Source: Paraphysomonas bandaiensis
Lineage: Eukaryota; Protista; Chrysophyceae
NCBI GenBank assembly: GCA_965644295.1
Contig: CBFFRP010000263.1
Coordinates: forward strand, 310,001 to 374,000
DNA: 64,000 nucleotides
Reading direction: 5' to 3'
Both the position numbers and the translations under genes were made by a program. The notes beneath the pieces were generated by a model. That model was not told the origin of the DNA. It saw only the letters and a program-made list of their open reading frames with translations, and ran no database searches. Positions 61,708 to 64,000 of this stretch are shown in pieces. Within the stretch, counting starts at the first letter, position 1, and every line of letters starts with the position of its first letter.

Positions 61708-62264
61708 ATGGACAACATCACTGCAATATTGTCATATAATGGCAATATCATCGACGTATATCTAAACTACACTGCTCTCTTCCTCAACACTCTTCCCTTC
61801 TACATATTCTCAAGATCATTCTCTCCATCTCTTCATATACACAGACACATATGGTTGATATTATTAATTGGACTCTTCTCTTTTCAGGTTAATCATATTA
61901 CTATAAAATCATATTCATTATATTAATATTATTCTTTTTCATGTTTTTATAGATTGGTCTCTGTCATCTCATGATGTGTTATGGCATATCAGTCGTATGG
62001 TGTGCACAGTGTGGGTTTAACGTAGCTTTTAGTAGAACTCTTTTGCTCCCTCAAAATGTTAATGTTTTTGGAAATAAACACTTTAGAACGACAACATATG
62101 TGGCAAATATTTACAATATTTTTTTGTTGATATACTATGCCCTGATTGAAGAGAGTATCACCACAATTGCACATGTTTGTGCTGTTATATTAGGTATACT
62201 TCTTGGGACATTGTATACCAGAAATTCTGTTTGGTATCGACCGGACACGAAAACCTCGAAATAA
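61708..62264 (+). CDS. Small multi-pass membrane protein, rhomboid-like; exons 61708-61887 and 61953-62264 (163 aa)
   Basis: A phase-0 GT-AG intron joins two hydrophobic ORFs. YGISVV (GxS) and TIAHVCAVILG resemble rhomboid TM4/TM6 motifs. Confidence 0.5.
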
Positions 62265-62787
62265 TTAATGAATACATATAGCTATGCAATTTGTTGTCTT
62301 TTAGACATTGTTCCTGCTCTGATCGTGCCAATAACTCTTCTGTTACACTTACCGTAATGTGTAATATTATATATTGCAGATGGTAGTGAAATATGTTACC
62401 ACCATACCTCTTCAAGTTTTAATGAGTTTGTTTGATACATGACTTGATTTCAGGTACGTTATACCTATCAGGGTTTGAACATTACGTAACTGGACATTAA
62501 CTCACTCAGTAATCAATTAGTGAAATTATTATCAGTATCGCTCAACATTCATTGTCAAGCGCTAAATTTATATCATGTCAACGACCTATCAATATTATCA
62601 GGTCTTAATGATCTTATGTAGTCAACGTATTTCAGTTGGTCTAAACTATCTCATGGCTTATCAATAGATTTCACATGATATTTGTCTCTGGCTCCTGTAT
62701 TATTCAAATAACAGTTAAAATTCAGAAACCTTGAAATGCAGCTTCTAATTGCTCAAAATTTCAGTGCTCAATAATACCATATATCTT

Positions 62788-62916
62788 CAGGGCTGCGTAA
62801 TAGTTATTAGTTAAAAGATGCCGGTTGTGTCAATTATAACTGCAATTATTACGCGCTGTCCGAATTTTAATTATATTGTAATAAATTGAAAGTTAATTAA
62901 CTGATACGCAGCCCTG
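62788..62916. mobile_element. 129-bp hAT-type MITE with TIR CAGGGCTGCGTA
   Basis: Perfect 12-bp TIRs, the same terminus as 10164-10175. No 8-bp TSD retained. Confidence 0.75.
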
Positions 62917-63289
62917 GCTATTCTTTAGGTTAACTAAAATACTAAAAATAACTTTCAAATTTTCAAACATTCCTACTAAGTTAATTTTTTATTAACACTA
63001 CTTAACTTAAATACGGCTCAACTACCTTTTTTATATCTTGTAGGAACATCTGAAGTCAGATTCGCACCTTTCGTGGTGTTCTGGGGGATAAGTATAAATA
63101 CCAGAGATATTTCTCCAGAAACTAACAGGAGCCGCATAATATAATATAGTCAGCTAATATTGTTCTGCCCACTGATAGCCAAATGCTTGTGTGGTACATG
63201 AGGGACATGATACATCGTCATCATAATGATCGTCATTGTCAGTTATATATATCTAATTCTTCATTGCACGTAATAGTCATAAAAACGTA

Positions 63290-64000
63290 GGTTCTGCGAA
63301 ACGTTTGAGATGCACGATCTGGGTGTGTGCAAACGGTTTTTAAATATCAGAATCACGAGAGGTGAAGAATGATACATGTTAGATCAATCTGAATATGCCA
63401 AGAATATTGTCAAGAAATTCAGTTCGTTTTTATGGGAAAGAGCAGTAAGAACAAGGAGACTCCACTACCTATCAATGTTTAGGATTTGTTGGCAGAGCAA
63501 CGTGAGCTGACGGGGGAGCAGAAGCAGTGGGTCGAATCATTTCCGTATAATAGAGGAATTATTGGAGCGGTGTTGAATTTGGCGATTCATACTAGACCTG
63601 ATCTGGCTTATGCTGTGGGGTTATTGGCTCGATTTAGTACTTCTCCAGCATATGCGGCTTGCAGATTAGCTATTCATTTGTTGAAATAATTACGTGGTAC
63701 AGTTGATAAGGTCATCAGATTCAGTGGGAGTGAGTTTGATTTACATGTGTTCAGTGATTCCGACTGGGCTGGTGATAGGATGACTCGGCGGACCACAACA
63801 GGATACATAGTGTTTTTATGTGCGGGCGCTTTGGCCTGGCAGTCAAAGCTTCAGACTACAGTTGCGACTTCAAGCATGGAATCTGAATATATGGCGGAGA
63901 ATGCGGCTATGCAAGAACTGGTGTGGCTTCGGGGGGTGTTCAAGGAGCTCGGACTCTTGGTAGCGAAGCCGACTCCATTCTTTATGGATAGTAAGAGTGC
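63290..64000 (+). mobile_element. Degenerate Ty1/copia RT-RNase H fragment, runs off the window end
   Basis: FEMHDLG, TRPDLAYAV, FSDSDWAGD..TRRTTTG and WQSKLQTTVATSSMESEY, with stops and frameshifts. Confidence 0.93.

Noticed and set aside
61342-61765. MYVC-repeat ORFs
   Set aside because: Translation of the (TATG)n microsatellite.

Overview
Eukaryotic, AT-rich genomic DNA with short (mostly about 50 nt) GT-AG introns. A stramenopile (possibly a chrysophyte-like alga or flagellate) is my inference from the CryptonS-like elements, the algal-type selenoprotein and the intron style. Host genes I could reconstruct by eye: a tandem-SET protein with a predicted signal peptide, RNA Pol III subunit RPC9/C17, a ~1465-aa ankyrin/kinase/RING-IBR protein built from one-repeat-per-exon cassettes, a PDI/thioredoxin-like selenoprotein with a G-U-G-U-U motif (three in-frame TGA) and a candidate SECIS, a TOG-domain protein, a TatD fused to a YVH1/DUSP12-type zinc domain, APC13, a BAR-PH-ArfGAP-ANK protein, an RME-8-like IWN-repeat protein, an EEF1AKMT4-like methyltransferase, a DCAF15-like protein and a small rhomboid-like protein. 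Between them is a dense mobilome: satellites, a 5'-truncated LINE with a 15-bp TSD, copia elements (one with identical LTRs but a ruined interior), two Crypton loci (one a perfect head-to-tail dimer nested in a TIR element), hAT, Harbinger and IS3EU-like relics, a short TSD-flanked repeat family and two long hairpins. The best candidates for an undescribed system are the modular ankyrin / non-RD kinase / ubiquitin-ligase gene (11154-17403) and the triple-Sec oxidoreductase (19047-19811). All gene models and family calls are by-eye; no searches were run.
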